DNA from: a virus
Direction: 5' to 3' (one strand)
DNA length: 64,000 bases
IMG/VR virus record: IMGVR_UViG_3300028571_002266
Span: 104,479-168,478 of that record
The translations under genes and the position numbers were made by a program. The notes under the pieces are model-generated. The model was not told the DNA's origin, did not search any database, and worked only from the letters and a program-made list of their open reading frames with translations. Positions 28,740 through 37,856 of the stretch are shown piece by piece (position 1 is the first letter of the stretch; each line of letters opens with the position of its first letter).

Positions 28740-29590
28740 GGAGTGAAATGTTAAATCTTGATGTATCAACGGATAAACTTGCAGATTTGAAAAAGCTTTT
28801 CAACGGCGCTAATGTTCATCATCGAATAGTCGGTAAAAGTTCTGACGGTTTGACTACCACTTTGAAATTCAACAAAAAAGTTGATTTTGAAAAAGCCAAA
28901 GAAATAATCGATGGCAAGGTAGTTGCTCAAGCAACTTTGATTCACGCAAGACCAGTTTCAAATGTTAGCATTGGTGATAGCACAATCAACTGGTGTGCCG
29001 ATCAGGGAGATCCATCCATTGTTGCTGGTGCAACTATATCTGACGATGCTTTTTATGACACTATAAATAATGGTGTTGTATTAACAGAAAATGTTGATGA
29101 ACAGCTTGGATATCTTTATTGGGAAAAAAATTATGATTACAATAAAAATGTCTACATAAGGGCTACAACTTATTCTGGTGAAGGGGATGGCGCAGACAAC
29201 ATTACAATTTTTATGGGATCAAGCAGTGCTGGAGGTGGCAGTAATGGCTCAATATCTGTATACATCGATGATGAAGATGATGATGTTAAGGTTTATAAAA
29301 ATGGCTCTTTAATTGAAGACGCAATCTTAACCAATCAAGAACTTGATGATGCGACTTTTAGAGTTTGGGAAGTTATTTACGAATATGCTTCTGCAACCGA
29401 ACAATATCTTCATGTTTATATGAATAATGTTAAAGTCCTAAGATACAACATGTATCTTTTTGGCGGTGTGTGGATTCCCGGTGGTAGTTATATTGGAATT
29501 TATGGCGTTACTGGTGTAGATAACAACTATCATATTTGCAGGTCATTCAAGGTAATGAGCGCAAATCCTTGGCTTGCAATCAATGGCTGA
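28736..29590 (+). CDS. lectin-fold protein (paralog 3)
   Basis: GADNITIF, WEVIYEY, HICRSFKVMSANPWL. Confidence 0.6.
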   Translation: MRSEMLNLDVSTDKLADLKKLFNGANVHHRIVGKSSDGLTTTLKFNKKVDFEKAKEIIDGKVVAQATLIHARPVSNVSIGDSTINWCADQGDPSIVAGATISDDAFYDTINNGVVLTENVDEQLGYLYWEKNYDYNKNVYIRATTYSGEGDGADNITIFMGSSSAGGGSNGSISVYIDDEDDDVKVYKNGSLIEDAILTNQELDDATFRVWEVIYEYASATEQYLHVYMNNVKVLRYNMYLFGGVWIPGGSYIGIYGVTGVDNNYHICRSFKVMSANPWLAING

Positions 29591-29592
29591 TT

Positions 29593-30462
29593 TTAATCGA
29601 TTTTGAATTGTTGTAATCCGCCTTCGCAAGGCGGATTTTCTTTTTTAATTCTTTCTTCTGCCATGATGCAATAATCAGGATTAAGATCTATCCCAATAAA
29701 ATTTCTTTTAAGTTTATTTGCAACTGCTCCTGTTGTCCCTGAGCCGACAAATGGGTCTAAAACAAGATCACCTTCTTTGCTTCCTGCCAGCATGCAAGTT
29801 TTGACTAGTTCTTCTGGGAACACGGCAAAGTGAGCTCCTGCGTATGGTTTTTGATTTATTTTCCAAACTGATCTTTTATTTCTTTTGTTGGCTCCTTCTG
29901 TTTTTTCTTCTTTTATGGCTTCAGAATTATAAAAATAATGTGGATTTTTAGTAAGTAAAAAAACATATTCATGGCATCTTGTAGGTCTATCTTTGACTGC
30001 TTCAGGCATTCCATTGGATTTTTCCCAAATAATATCAGCTCTGAGATACCAACCTTCTGATCTTAAAGCCATTGCTACCATCCAAGGTATGCCAACTAAA
30101 TCTTTAGCTTTGAATCCGGGAGGAACTGGTCTTGGCTTTGCTTTGACTCCACGATTAGTGGATTGTTTACTTCCAGCTTGATTTGATGGTGCTGTAGGAC
30201 AATATCCTCCTCCTCCACAAAATGTATCACCAAGATTGATCCAGATTGTTCCGTCATCACGGAGAACATCACGAACTTCTCTGAATATCTGTACCATTCT
30301 TGCGACGAACTCTTCTGGGGTCTTCTCTGTTCCGAGTTGATCTTTCTGGCCATAATCTCTTAATTGCCAGTAAGGAGGAGATGTTATGCATGTTTGTACA
30401 CTATTGCGCTCGATTTGTTTTAATCCTTCGATGCAATCTGAATTTATAATTTTTGATTCCAT
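29593..30462 (-). CDS. DNA methyltransferase, beta class (N4-cytosine/N6-adenine)
   Basis: TSPPYW catalytic motif N-terminal to VLDPFVGSGTT; HFAVFP. Confidence 0.92.
   Translation of the reverse strand: MESKIINSDCIEGLKQIERNSVQTCITSPPYWQLRDYGQKDQLGTEKTPEEFVARMVQIFREVRDVLRDDGTIWINLGDTFCGGGGYCPTAPSNQAGSKQSTNRGVKAKPRPVPPGFKAKDLVGIPWMVAMALRSEGWYLRADIIWEKSNGMPEAVKDRPTRCHEYVFLLTKNPHYFYNSEAIKEEKTEGANKRNKRSVWKINQKPYAGAHFAVFPEELVKTCMLAGSKEGDLVLDPFVGSGTTGAVANKLKRNFIGIDLNPDYCIMAEERIKKENPPCEGGLQQFKID
29615..29646 (+). terminator. terminator hairpin of the lectin operon; also a variant of the dispersed element
   Basis: AATCCGCCTT-CGC-AAGGCGGATT followed by T-rich tract. Confidence 0.65.
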
Positions 30463-30540
30463 CAAATATTAAAGTTACATTTATAAATATTTCAGAGCAT
30501 TCGTGCTTCGACACGCCAATGACAACCAGTTTGAGGATTC

Positions 30541-31017
30541 TTAAATTGTTTGCACTTCGGTGCTAAACAAGCTGGTCGAGGCGGTCTTTTCTTGATAGTT
30601 TCCAAGAATTGGTAATATTAAATTTGTATTGTCATTTAGACTCCAAACAACATTCATCAAATTAGATTTTTGCAATGCGATTTCGCATTTGTAACATGGT
30701 TTTGCCATTCTAAATTTTCCATGTCTATTTATTTTCATGCTTAGTATTGTTGTTTTCCTGTTATAAAACTTTTCATCAAGTTTGAGGAGAAGGTCTGCTT
30801 CAGCATGAAGGAATGGATATTTTTTCCAGTGTGCAATATTAAATTTTTGAGCTAATTTATATGCTTTCGCTGACATCATAACAGGATTGTTTTTTCCCAT
30901 TTCTATGATTCTATTTTTTCTTATTGCAAATGCATAGTGAAAACCAGAACGGCTTTTGTCTTCGTCCCAATCCTCTAACATGAGGCAAACACATTTGTGG
31001 AGAGTTGAGGATTTCAT
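30541..31017 (-). CDS. cytidine/dCMP deaminase-fold protein
   Basis: HAE and PCYKC zinc ligands. Confidence 0.8.
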   Translation of the reverse strand: MKSSTLHKCVCLMLEDWDEDKSRSGFHYAFAIRKNRIIEMGKNNPVMMSAKAYKLAQKFNIAHWKKYPFLHAEADLLLKLDEKFYNRKTTILSMKINRHGKFRMAKPCYKCEIALQKSNLMNVVWSLNDNTNLILPILGNYQEKTASTSLFSTEVQTI

Positions 31018-31039
31018 GTAAAATTATAGCCACATTCAA

Positions 31040-31068
31040 TTGACATGGCCAATAATTCTTTGTAAAAT
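31040..31068 (+). promoter_or_regulatory. near-consensus sigma-70 promoter for the tRNA
   Basis: TTGACA-17bp-TAAAAT, 10 nt before the tRNA. Confidence 0.8.
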
Positions 31069-31078
31069 TGAATGTGTT

Positions 31079-31152
31079 GCCCCCGTAACTCAGGTGAATA
31101 GAGTAGCGTTTTTCTAAAGCGCAAGTCGTTGGTTTGAATCCAACCGGGGGTA
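31079..31152 (+). tRNA. tRNA-Arg(UCU), CCA not encoded
   Basis: acceptor GCCCCCG/CGGGGGT, D stem ACTC/GAGT, anticodon stem GCGTT/AGCGC with loop TT-TCT-AA, T stem GTTGG/CCAAC. Confidence 0.9.
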
Positions 31153-31191
31153 TTATTTTAGATCATATTACCAACCTATTCTGGTGACACG

Positions 31192-31443
31192 ATGAAAAAA
31201 GACATGGATGAAGACGATAAGATTGAAAAGATTCTTACTCCAGCAGGATCTTTTGTAATTGGCATTATTGCTGTTTTCTGTATGGCTTGTATTATGGCTT
31301 TCCCTTTTCAATATGCTTGGAATAATATTTGCGTTGAAGTTTTGACTTGTTGTAAAGAAATAAATTACTGGCAAAGCACAGGAATGATTTTTTTGATTTT
31401 CTTTACAGGAAGAATATTTAATTTCCCAATAGCTAAAGATTAG
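31192..31443 (+). CDS. small membrane protein
   Basis: two hydrophobic segments, WN and I.YWQ pattern. Confidence 0.6.
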   Translation: MKKDMDEDDKIEKILTPAGSFVIGIIAVFCMACIMAFPFQYAWNNICVEVLTCCKEINYWQSTGMIFLIFFTGRIFNFPIAKD

Positions 31444-32194
31444 TTCTAGGATAAAGTATTACATCACAAGAACTATGGTAAGGATATTGCTTAATCATTC
31501 TTTCTTTAGATATAGGGAGATTTTTTTGATCAAAAACATCGTAACCAAGTTGATATATGTGATCAATAAATAAAGGTATATCTCCATTTTCAATATGATC
31601 AATGTAGAGAGAAAGTTCTAAGAGAATGATTGGCTTAAATTTATGAATTGTTTCTTTTGCGCCGAGAAGTACTTTGTATTCATAACCTTCAACATCAATT
31701 TTCAATAAATCTACACGATTTAGATCCTTACAGTAATCGTCAAGTGTAATTAATTCTGTATCAAAAACAGTTGGTTGCAATTCAAGAGCACCGGGACTTA
31801 CTGGAAGATTTATTTCTTGTCCATCTCCACACATTACCCATGAATTGAGCAATTTAACATTTTTAAGAGAACTCTTTGAATCGCTAATTCCAACTTGATT
31901 ATAAACACATTTATCTCCAAATGATTCCAATAATTTTTTACTGCTTTCGATCATACATGGAGATGGCTCAAATAAATGAACTTTTGAATATCCTAGTAGA
32001 AGAAAAGAATGAGCCATTACTCCTATGTTTGATCCTACGTCTAAAACAACACTTTCATTGTCTTTGAGTGCTTTTTCCATAGCTTGTTGAAAAGCTGGAC
32101 CATTTGAAGCCATTGATTGATTTTCAAGTGGTTGCTGTGGTGGTTTATTTTTTGGAGGATTGTTGCTTGAATATGCCATTGTTTTATCTTTCAC
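31433..32194 (-). CDS. FkbM family methyltransferase
   Basis: LDVGSNIG, FEPS, TLDD, LLKIDVEGYEYKVL.GA. Confidence 0.92.
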   Translation of the reverse strand: MKDKTMAYSSNNPPKNKPPQQPLENQSMASNGPAFQQAMEKALKDNESVVLDVGSNIGVMAHSFLLLGYSKVHLFEPSPCMIESSKKLLESFGDKCVYNQVGISDSKSSLKNVKLLNSWVMCGDGQEINLPVSPGALELQPTVFDTELITLDDYCKDLNRVDLLKIDVEGYEYKVLLGAKETIHKFKPIILLELSLYIDHIENGDIPLFIDHIYQLGYDVFDQKNLPISKERMIKQYPYHSSCDVILYPRTNL

Positions 32195-32258
32195 AATATA
32201 TTAAAATGATTTATGAATATAATTATATACAATAATTCACTCTCTTATTAAAGAGTGG

Positions 32259-33026
32259 TTATGATTTTTTCCAGAAAACCCCACATCCATCTATTGTTAT
32301 GATTTGATCATTAATATTCTTTCTATTTCTAAAATCAACTGTTGCTTTTTGTGCTCCTTTTAAGCACCAATCATCAACAATTGCAAATCCTCCTTTGACA
32401 AGTTTTTCCCAACAAGATTCATAGACATCCATTGTTGATTTATACATGTCTCCATCCATGCGTAATATGCAAAGTTTTTCAATTTCTTTATTGTTTGGAA
32501 GTGTATCGGAAAACCATCCTTTAAGGAATATGACATTTTCATCTAAAGCACGATATATTGAAAAATTGTTTTTTACTTCTTCTAAGCCAACTCTTAGAAT
32601 AGCTACTCCGTGATGATGATCTCCCTCATCTTCAGGATGTTCAGGTTTTGGCAATCCTGCGAATGAATCGGCTATAAACACTTTTTTATTCATTTCATAA
32701 AGGTCAAGATATTTTTTCATAAAAATACAAGCCCCTCCACGCCAAACTCCTGTTTCAATGATGTCTCCATCAATTTTTTTCTCTCTTATTTCGTCAAGAC
32801 ATTTATGTAAATTGTTGAGTCGAATCATGCCTATCATCGTGTGTGCTCTTTCAGGCCAGTCAAATCCTGTTTCACGAATTTTGTCTATTGGGCTTGAAAT
32901 AACTTTTTGCATTTCATCCTTAGATGGATATTCGCCATTTTCAAAAAACTTTTCTCTTATTTTTTCATCATTGGCGCTATCTGTAAGAATTCTTTTGAGA
33001 AAATTTAGTTTAAGGCTATTTGGCAT
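32259..33026 (-). CDS. TylF/MycF/NovP sugar O-methyltransferase
   Basis: TMIG..RL.NL, IETGVWRGGA, ADSFAGLP, KGWFSDTLP, LRMDGDMYKST. Confidence 0.93.
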   Translation of the reverse strand: MPNSLKLNFLKRILTDSANDEKIREKFFENGEYPSKDEMQKVISSPIDKIRETGFDWPERAHTMIGMIRLNNLHKCLDEIREKKIDGDIIETGVWRGGACIFMKKYLDLYEMNKKVFIADSFAGLPKPEHPEDEGDHHHGVAILRVGLEEVKNNFSIYRALDENVIFLKGWFSDTLPNNKEIEKLCILRMDGDMYKSTMDVYESCWEKLVKGGFAIVDDWCLKGAQKATVDFRNRKNINDQIITIDGCGVFWKKS

Positions 33027-33607
33027 TTTTTTCTTTCAATTATTGTAAGTCCGTTGTTGTTAGTGAAAACTTCTTTAATCGTCCAATTTTTACCTTCTTC
33101 GCTTATCATAAATTCTTCTAAAGCAGGAACTAGTCCTTGTTTTTCTGAATTAATGTTAATTAACTTGCAATTTGGTTGATAAATGGGTTCATCTATTGTT
33201 CCAAATGTAGTTGTGTCGTGCATTATTATATATTTATTTACATTTGATGCATGAGCTTCTAGTTCTTTTTTCAATTGTAAATATCTGTGAAGTGTATCGA
33301 TGAAAAGTAAATCTGTTTTTTCGATTGAGAGTGTAAGAACATCTGCGTTAATGAAAATAAATTCAATTCCATCTTCTTCGGCGGCTTTCTTAGGTTCAGA
33401 AACATTAATGTTTGACACATCGTAACAAACAATTTTTTTTGGTTTGGCTGCGAGCAAAGCCCAAGTAGATATTATTCCTCTGACTCCCATCTCAGTTACA
33501 TGTTCACATTCTGATGCGTATTTTTTAATTGTTTCTAAATGCTGATTTATATCTGTTCCATTATTTTTTTCTTTTTCAAATTTTTCCAGAATGAAGTTTT
33601 TGACCAT
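33005..33607 (-). CDS. class I SAM-dependent methyltransferase
   Basis: DINQHL, EMGVR, DLLFIDTLH, IIMHDT, NNNGLT. Confidence 0.75.
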   Translation of the reverse strand: MVKNFILEKFEKEKNNGTDINQHLETIKKYASECEHVTEMGVRGIISTWALLAAKPKKIVCYDVSNINVSEPKKAAEEDGIEFIFINADVLTLSIEKTDLLFIDTLHRYLQLKKELEAHASNVNKYIIMHDTTTFGTIDEPIYQPNCKLININSEKQGLVPALEEFMISEEGKNWTIKEVFTNNNGLTIIERKKCQIALN

Positions 33608-33653
33608 ATTTGTTTCCTTGGTAATTATTTGATTTACATTTATATATAACTTC

Positions 33654-34070
33654 ATGGAAAGACTATGTTCTTTTAATGATTTTTTTTTGCTTAAAGAAGG
33701 TAATAGCCGCACGGCATTGAAGTCTTTGCTTTACCCACTTTCTTATGGTGGGCTGGGTAATTATCCTCCTGCTCACTATCTTCCTCAAGCTGCTGATGCC
33801 ATTCTATATGTATCGCAGGATGAGAGGTTATGGTGTAATGGAGATGGAGCACCTTGGGACATCACACATCTACCCGGACATAAGCAATATGGCGATAAAA
33901 TAAATAATGGCGAAGGCGATCCATGGGATATTAATATGGTTCCCGGTAAATCTAAAGAACCATTAGATCATGATGTTCCCGGTAAAGAAGTGCCATATAA
34001 GGGATTTTTAAGGCTTGTGACTAAGATCAAATGTATAAGTCCTGAATATTCAAATTTGCCACCAATTTGA
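33654..34070 (+). CDS. hypothetical protein with internal repeat
   Basis: NGDGAPWDITHLPG / NGEGDPWDINMVPG; N-terminus SFNDFFLLKEG. Confidence 0.6.
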   Translation: MERLCSFNDFFLLKEGNSRTALKSLLYPLSYGGLGNYPPAHYLPQAADAILYVSQDERLWCNGDGAPWDITHLPGHKQYGDKINNGEGDPWDINMVPGKSKEPLDHDVPGKEVPYKGFLRLVTKIKCISPEYSNLPPI

Positions 34071-34114
34071 CTTTGATTTATAATTCCCCAATAATTGATT
34101 TAAGGGGAAAAACT

Positions 34115-34342
34115 ATGAACGATAAGCATATTCGCACAATTGCTGCATTTGAACAGGTTGGAGCATTTCTCAATATCTTTGCTAATTTCCTTTATTCGTA
34201 TCATAAGGATTTGGTTAATGCTGGATTCCAGCGTGATGAAGCTCTGAAGCTTGTTCGAGAACTTCAAGCTACGATTTTTAAGGAATCTTTCAACAGCAGC
34301 GCATCACCTGAAAATAATGATATTGAAAATGATGAAGAATAG
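34115..34342 (+). CDS. hypothetical protein
   Basis: AAGGGG RBS before ATG. Confidence 0.55.
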   Translation: MNDKHIRTIAAFEQVGAFLNIFANFLYSYHKDLVNAGFQRDEALKLVRELQATIFKESFNSSASPENNDIENDEE

Positions 34343-34423
34343 TGCTTTTGGGAAAAATGTTTCTGTAGGCATCAAACATCTAAAAATAGTTCGCCTTCAA
34401 TATCTTAGATAGATTAAGCGGAG

Positions 34424-35017
34424 GTGCTTGTGTTGGCCGAGAGAAAAGTTCTTGTCCTTAACAAATCATGGCGTGCTATTGCGATTATTACTCTTGAGAA
34501 GGCCCTTAGCAAGGTTTTCTCGACATATGATGATGGAACACCAAAAGCAAAAATTATTGATCCTAGCAATGATTTTATGATGTTTGAATGGCATGAGTGG
34601 TCACAGATCATGCCAAGTGATGATGAATTGAAGATTAGGACTGTAAGTGCCTCTTACAGAGTTCCTGAGGTCATACAATATACGAAGTATGATAAAGTCC
34701 CATGCACCAAGGCCCAGTTCAACAGAAGAAGCATTTACAGAAGAGACAATAGCACTTGCCAATATTGTGGCGAGAAAAAAAAGAGTGATGAATTATCTTT
34801 AGACCATATTGTTCCTCGTTGTCAGGGAGGCAAAACTAATTGGGAAAACATTGTTGTTGCCTGTGTTGGTTGCAATTCCCAAAAAGCTGGCAGGACTCCA
34901 AAACAAGCAGGCATGAAACTTCTCCGTGAGCCTAGAAAGCCTTTGTCCAATTTATATCTGGATGATTCAAGGGTTGAATCTTGGGTTCATTTTCTTGTCG
35001 CAGAAGATGTTGCTTGA
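34424..35017 (+). CDS. HNH endonuclease (McrA-like)
   Basis: VLVLN, RD..TCQYCG, LDHIVPR..GG...WEN.V.AC..CN. Confidence 0.92.
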   Translation: MLVLAERKVLVLNKSWRAIAIITLEKALSKVFSTYDDGTPKAKIIDPSNDFMMFEWHEWSQIMPSDDELKIRTVSASYRVPEVIQYTKYDKVPCTKAQFNRRSIYRRDNSTCQYCGEKKKSDELSLDHIVPRCQGGKTNWENIVVACVGCNSQKAGRTPKQAGMKLLREPRKPLSNLYLDDSRVESWVHFLVAEDVA

Positions 35018-35072
35018 TTAAATTCTTATTTTGACTACAATTGATTTGTTCGTTAATTTTTATTTCTTCAAA

Positions 35073-35094
35073 GAAATTCGTCGTCTGTTGACGG
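35073..35094 (+). repeat. dispersed hairpin element copy
   Basis: GAAATTCGTC-GTCTGTT-GACGG, downstream of TTGACT-17bp-TAATTT. Confidence 0.7.
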
Positions 35095-35109
35095 GAAAGC
35101 AGTTTTTAT

Positions 35110-35346
35110 ATGTGGTTGAAATTGTCGAATCAATGGATTAATATGTCTCATATTGTCAGAGTTGAATTTAAGGTTGAAGGCAATACTAAGATAGCCACTT
35201 TTTATTCTACAAAAACAGGTGGTCAGGATCGAACATTTGTACAAGGTCCAGATGCAGATCTTGTAGAAAAATGGCTTAATGATCAGATTGCACCTCCTGT
35301 AGAAATCAAGGCTGTCAAGGCCAAGACCAAGTCTGTCAAAAAGTGA
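35110..35346 (+). CDS. hypothetical protein
   Basis: 78-aa ORF behind promoter. Confidence 0.6.
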   Translation: MWLKLSNQWINMSHIVRVEFKVEGNTKIATFYSTKTGGQDRTFVQGPDADLVEKWLNDQIAPPVEIKAVKAKTKSVKK

Positions 35347-35356
35347 TTGGATTCTT

Positions 35357-35420
35357 GTTGATTTTTGGGTTTTTTCGTCTATGATTCCTAGAGAAATCCG
35401 TTCATCAGTTGGTGGGCGGA
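35357..35420 (+). repeat. promoter-plus-hairpin cassette, copy A
   Basis: 35357-35401 is identical to 40682-40727 except one T; TTGATT-16bp-TATGAT-7nt-GAAATCCG. Confidence 0.85.
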
Positions 35421-35442
35421 GGGAAAAGACGAGACATCAAAG

Positions 35443-36618
35443 ATGTTTTCCACTATTTTGACTTTAGCAGCATCTTTTTTTGGAATATGGGCTTTTTGTA
35501 AATATGTTGTTTTTATTGAAATAAGAGTAGACGGGAACACATTCAAGACTCTTTATGATTATTTCAAGAATGACAATAAATTTGTCTTGTATGAGGAATT
35601 CACTTCAGAAGCTCAATATCCTGTTTTCTATTCTGTTTTTTGTTTTCCAAAGTCAATTCCATGTTTTTTCCTAACTCGTAATGAGCGTCTTTTTCAAGCT
35701 GGCTGGCAAAGCAAAGATTACTTAACAGTGATCACCTGTTTCAGGTGGGATTATAATAGATTCAAGATTTTTTTGAATGTTGGTTTGAAAGATGCCAGTT
35801 TCAGAACTAGTGGTGTTCCAATAAGACTTCTTTTGCCTTTTGGAACGGATAAGATTGGTTCTTTGAAAATAAGAATGAATGAGCCAATGATAGATCCTGT
35901 TTTGTGGCGTGACTTCGACAATGAAGTTGGAGAAATGGTTTCTGGCAAGAGGATCAAGACAAGTGCTCTTCTTCATGGTTTGCCCGGAACTGGCAAGACA
36001 TCTTTAGTCAAATATTTGTCAACGAAATATGAATTGCCGATTATGATTTTCACTTTGAACCCAGAGTGGAACAACCATGACCTTTTGTTTATGTTTTCAA
36101 ACATTCCATCAAAATGCATAGTTCTTATGGAAGATTTTGATAATTATTTTGATAAAAGACAATGCACTATGGGCAATGACAGGAATTATATTAAATTTAC
36201 TTTTGATATAATTCTTAATGGTTTAGATGGTGTTTACAACACTTATGATAAAGTCGTTTTCATTATGACTGTTAATGATATTGACAAGGTTGATGATGCT
36301 TTGAAGGATAGACCGAGTCGTTTCAAATTCGTCAAGCATTTTGACAATCCATCTTTTGAGGCTAGGAGCAGGATATTGGGAGAAGATTGGGCTGATTTGA
36401 CAGCAGGAATGAATTTGGATCAAATCTATCGGATTAAGGAGTACCAAGATCAAGGACTGACTTTCAAAGAAGCTATGCTAAAATTAGGGAAAAATATTGA
36501 TTGTACTCAAATCAATAGAATTGCTGAAAATATTTATCGGCGTAGAATTGCATCTAACTTGCCCGGAAACGACAGAGACGATTGGTTTACTGCTGAGAAT
36601 ATAATCACATCAAAGTAA
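35443..36618 (+). CDS. membrane-anchored BCS1-like AAA+ ATPase with DUF2934-like tail
   Basis: N-terminal TM; GLPGTGKT, LMEDFD, LNGLDG, RPSRF; tail IY.RR...PG.D.DDW..AE. Confidence 0.75.
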   Translation: MFSTILTLAASFFGIWAFCKYVVFIEIRVDGNTFKTLYDYFKNDNKFVLYEEFTSEAQYPVFYSVFCFPKSIPCFFLTRNERLFQAGWQSKDYLTVITCFRWDYNRFKIFLNVGLKDASFRTSGVPIRLLLPFGTDKIGSLKIRMNEPMIDPVLWRDFDNEVGEMVSGKRIKTSALLHGLPGTGKTSLVKYLSTKYELPIMIFTLNPEWNNHDLLFMFSNIPSKCIVLMEDFDNYFDKRQCTMGNDRNYIKFTFDIILNGLDGVYNTYDKVVFIMTVNDIDKVDDALKDRPSRFKFVKHFDNPSFEARSRILGEDWADLTAGMNLDQIYRIKEYQDQGLTFKEAMLKLGKNIDCTQINRIAENIYRRRIASNLPGNDRDDWFTAENIITSK

Positions 36619-37543
36619 AATCTACATATTGGATTTCAAGATGTTCTCTTGGGAAAGCTGTTCCATTGGCATATTCTGGAATTTCGCTGTTTTTCCATCT
36701 TTCTTTAATTCGTCTCAATAGTATTGGATTTTGAGTGAAGAATAGTTCTACATCTCTTTTTGCTATGTTTTCTCGAATAATAGAAAGGCCAGCAGCTTGA
36801 AACATTCTTCTATAACTGGCAATTGGATTAAGAAGAGCAACTGTTTTAACTGGTTTTATCCCCATTGCGAAAAGTTCGTCTTCAGTATGTACAAGATGTA
36901 GATATGCTTTATTGAGAGTTGAGTGGATGTGGCATCCGTCACGACTGCACCATGGATGGCATCTGACGAATATTCTACAACTATCTGATTTTAATTTAAT
37001 TATTTTTTGAAGACTCTTTTCAAATTCTTGTGAATGATCGATAATATCATTGATAACAACTATATCATAAGAACCGTTTGATACTACTTCATCCCAATTT
37101 TTTGTGTAAATTAAATTTTTATCTTTTTCAAAATGATCCCAGTTATTGTCTTCGATATCATAACACACAACTTTTTTGGGTCCGAACAGTTGACTTGACA
37201 CAAAACCAATATGTCCTTCCTTGCATCCAAATACCAATATCTTTTTGTCTACAATATCGGTTGTGATCAAGTTGCTTATAATCATTGCAGCTTCATGAAG
37301 TTTCTCTTCCTCTGTGGAGACAATGTCTTCTGGACGTAAAGATTCGGGCCAGTGGTCGCTTTTTGCAAGAAGTCTTAAATCGGTAATTTCACGAATTTTA
37401 TCATTTGAATTTTTAGGTGCTTCAAAAATTGCATTTTCCTGATCAAGCAATCTTTGCATGAACATTTTCATAGAATCAAGTGTCATCATGAAACTTTTAA
37501 TTGTCATAATTTCGTTTTGTGTATTTTGATTATTAAATTGCAT
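36605..37543 (-). CDS. class I SAM-dependent methyltransferase
   Basis: KILVFGCKEGH, VVCYDI, YDIVVINDIIDH. Confidence 0.7.
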   Translation of the reverse strand: MQFNNQNTQNEIMTIKSFMMTLDSMKMFMQRLLDQENAIFEAPKNSNDKIREITDLRLLAKSDHWPESLRPEDIVSTEEEKLHEAAMIISNLITTDIVDKKILVFGCKEGHIGFVSSQLFGPKKVVCYDIEDNNWDHFEKDKNLIYTKNWDEVVSNGSYDIVVINDIIDHSQEFEKSLQKIIKLKSDSCRIFVRCHPWCSRDGCHIHSTLNKAYLHLVHTEDELFAMGIKPVKTVALLNPIASYRRMFQAAGLSIIRENIAKRDVELFFTQNPILLRRIKERWKNSEIPEYANGTAFPREHLEIQYVDFTLM

Positions 37544-37577
37544 TTTTCAAACTCATTTAATTTGGTTAACATTTTAT

Positions 37578-37856
37578 ATGAGTGTTTATATGAAAAAATT
37601 AGAAGTAATAGAGGCTTTTGACGATGAAATTGGAATGATAAAAGTCCTTAAGGTTGAAGGCGAGGTTTTTGATTGGGGTTTGGATTTAGAAAGTTTTGAA
37701 CAAGCTAGAAAAAACATATTGAATCATCAAGAGCTTGCTGAATCAGTGGCTCTTTCTATAATAAATCATTTTCTTGAAAGTTTTTCAGATTTCTTGGGAA
37801 GGACAGTAACTTTACAAGAACTTAATGAGGCAATTGTTAAAGGAAATATTGAATGA
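37578..37856 (+). CDS. hypothetical protein
   Basis: ORF track. Confidence 0.6.
   Translation: MSVYMKKLEVIEAFDDEIGMIKVLKVEGEVFDWGLDLESFEQARKNILNHQELAESVALSIINHFLESFSDFLGRTVTLQELNEAIVKGNIE

Noticed and set aside
30541-31017. TadA editing the adjacent tRNA-Arg
   Set aside because: TadA acts on A34 of the ACG anticodon; this tRNA has U34.
31106-31122. Amber-suppressor tRNA (CTA in the anticodon loop) and TAG recoding
   Set aside because: The stem pairs only with TCT centred, and full-length genes such as infC end at TAG.
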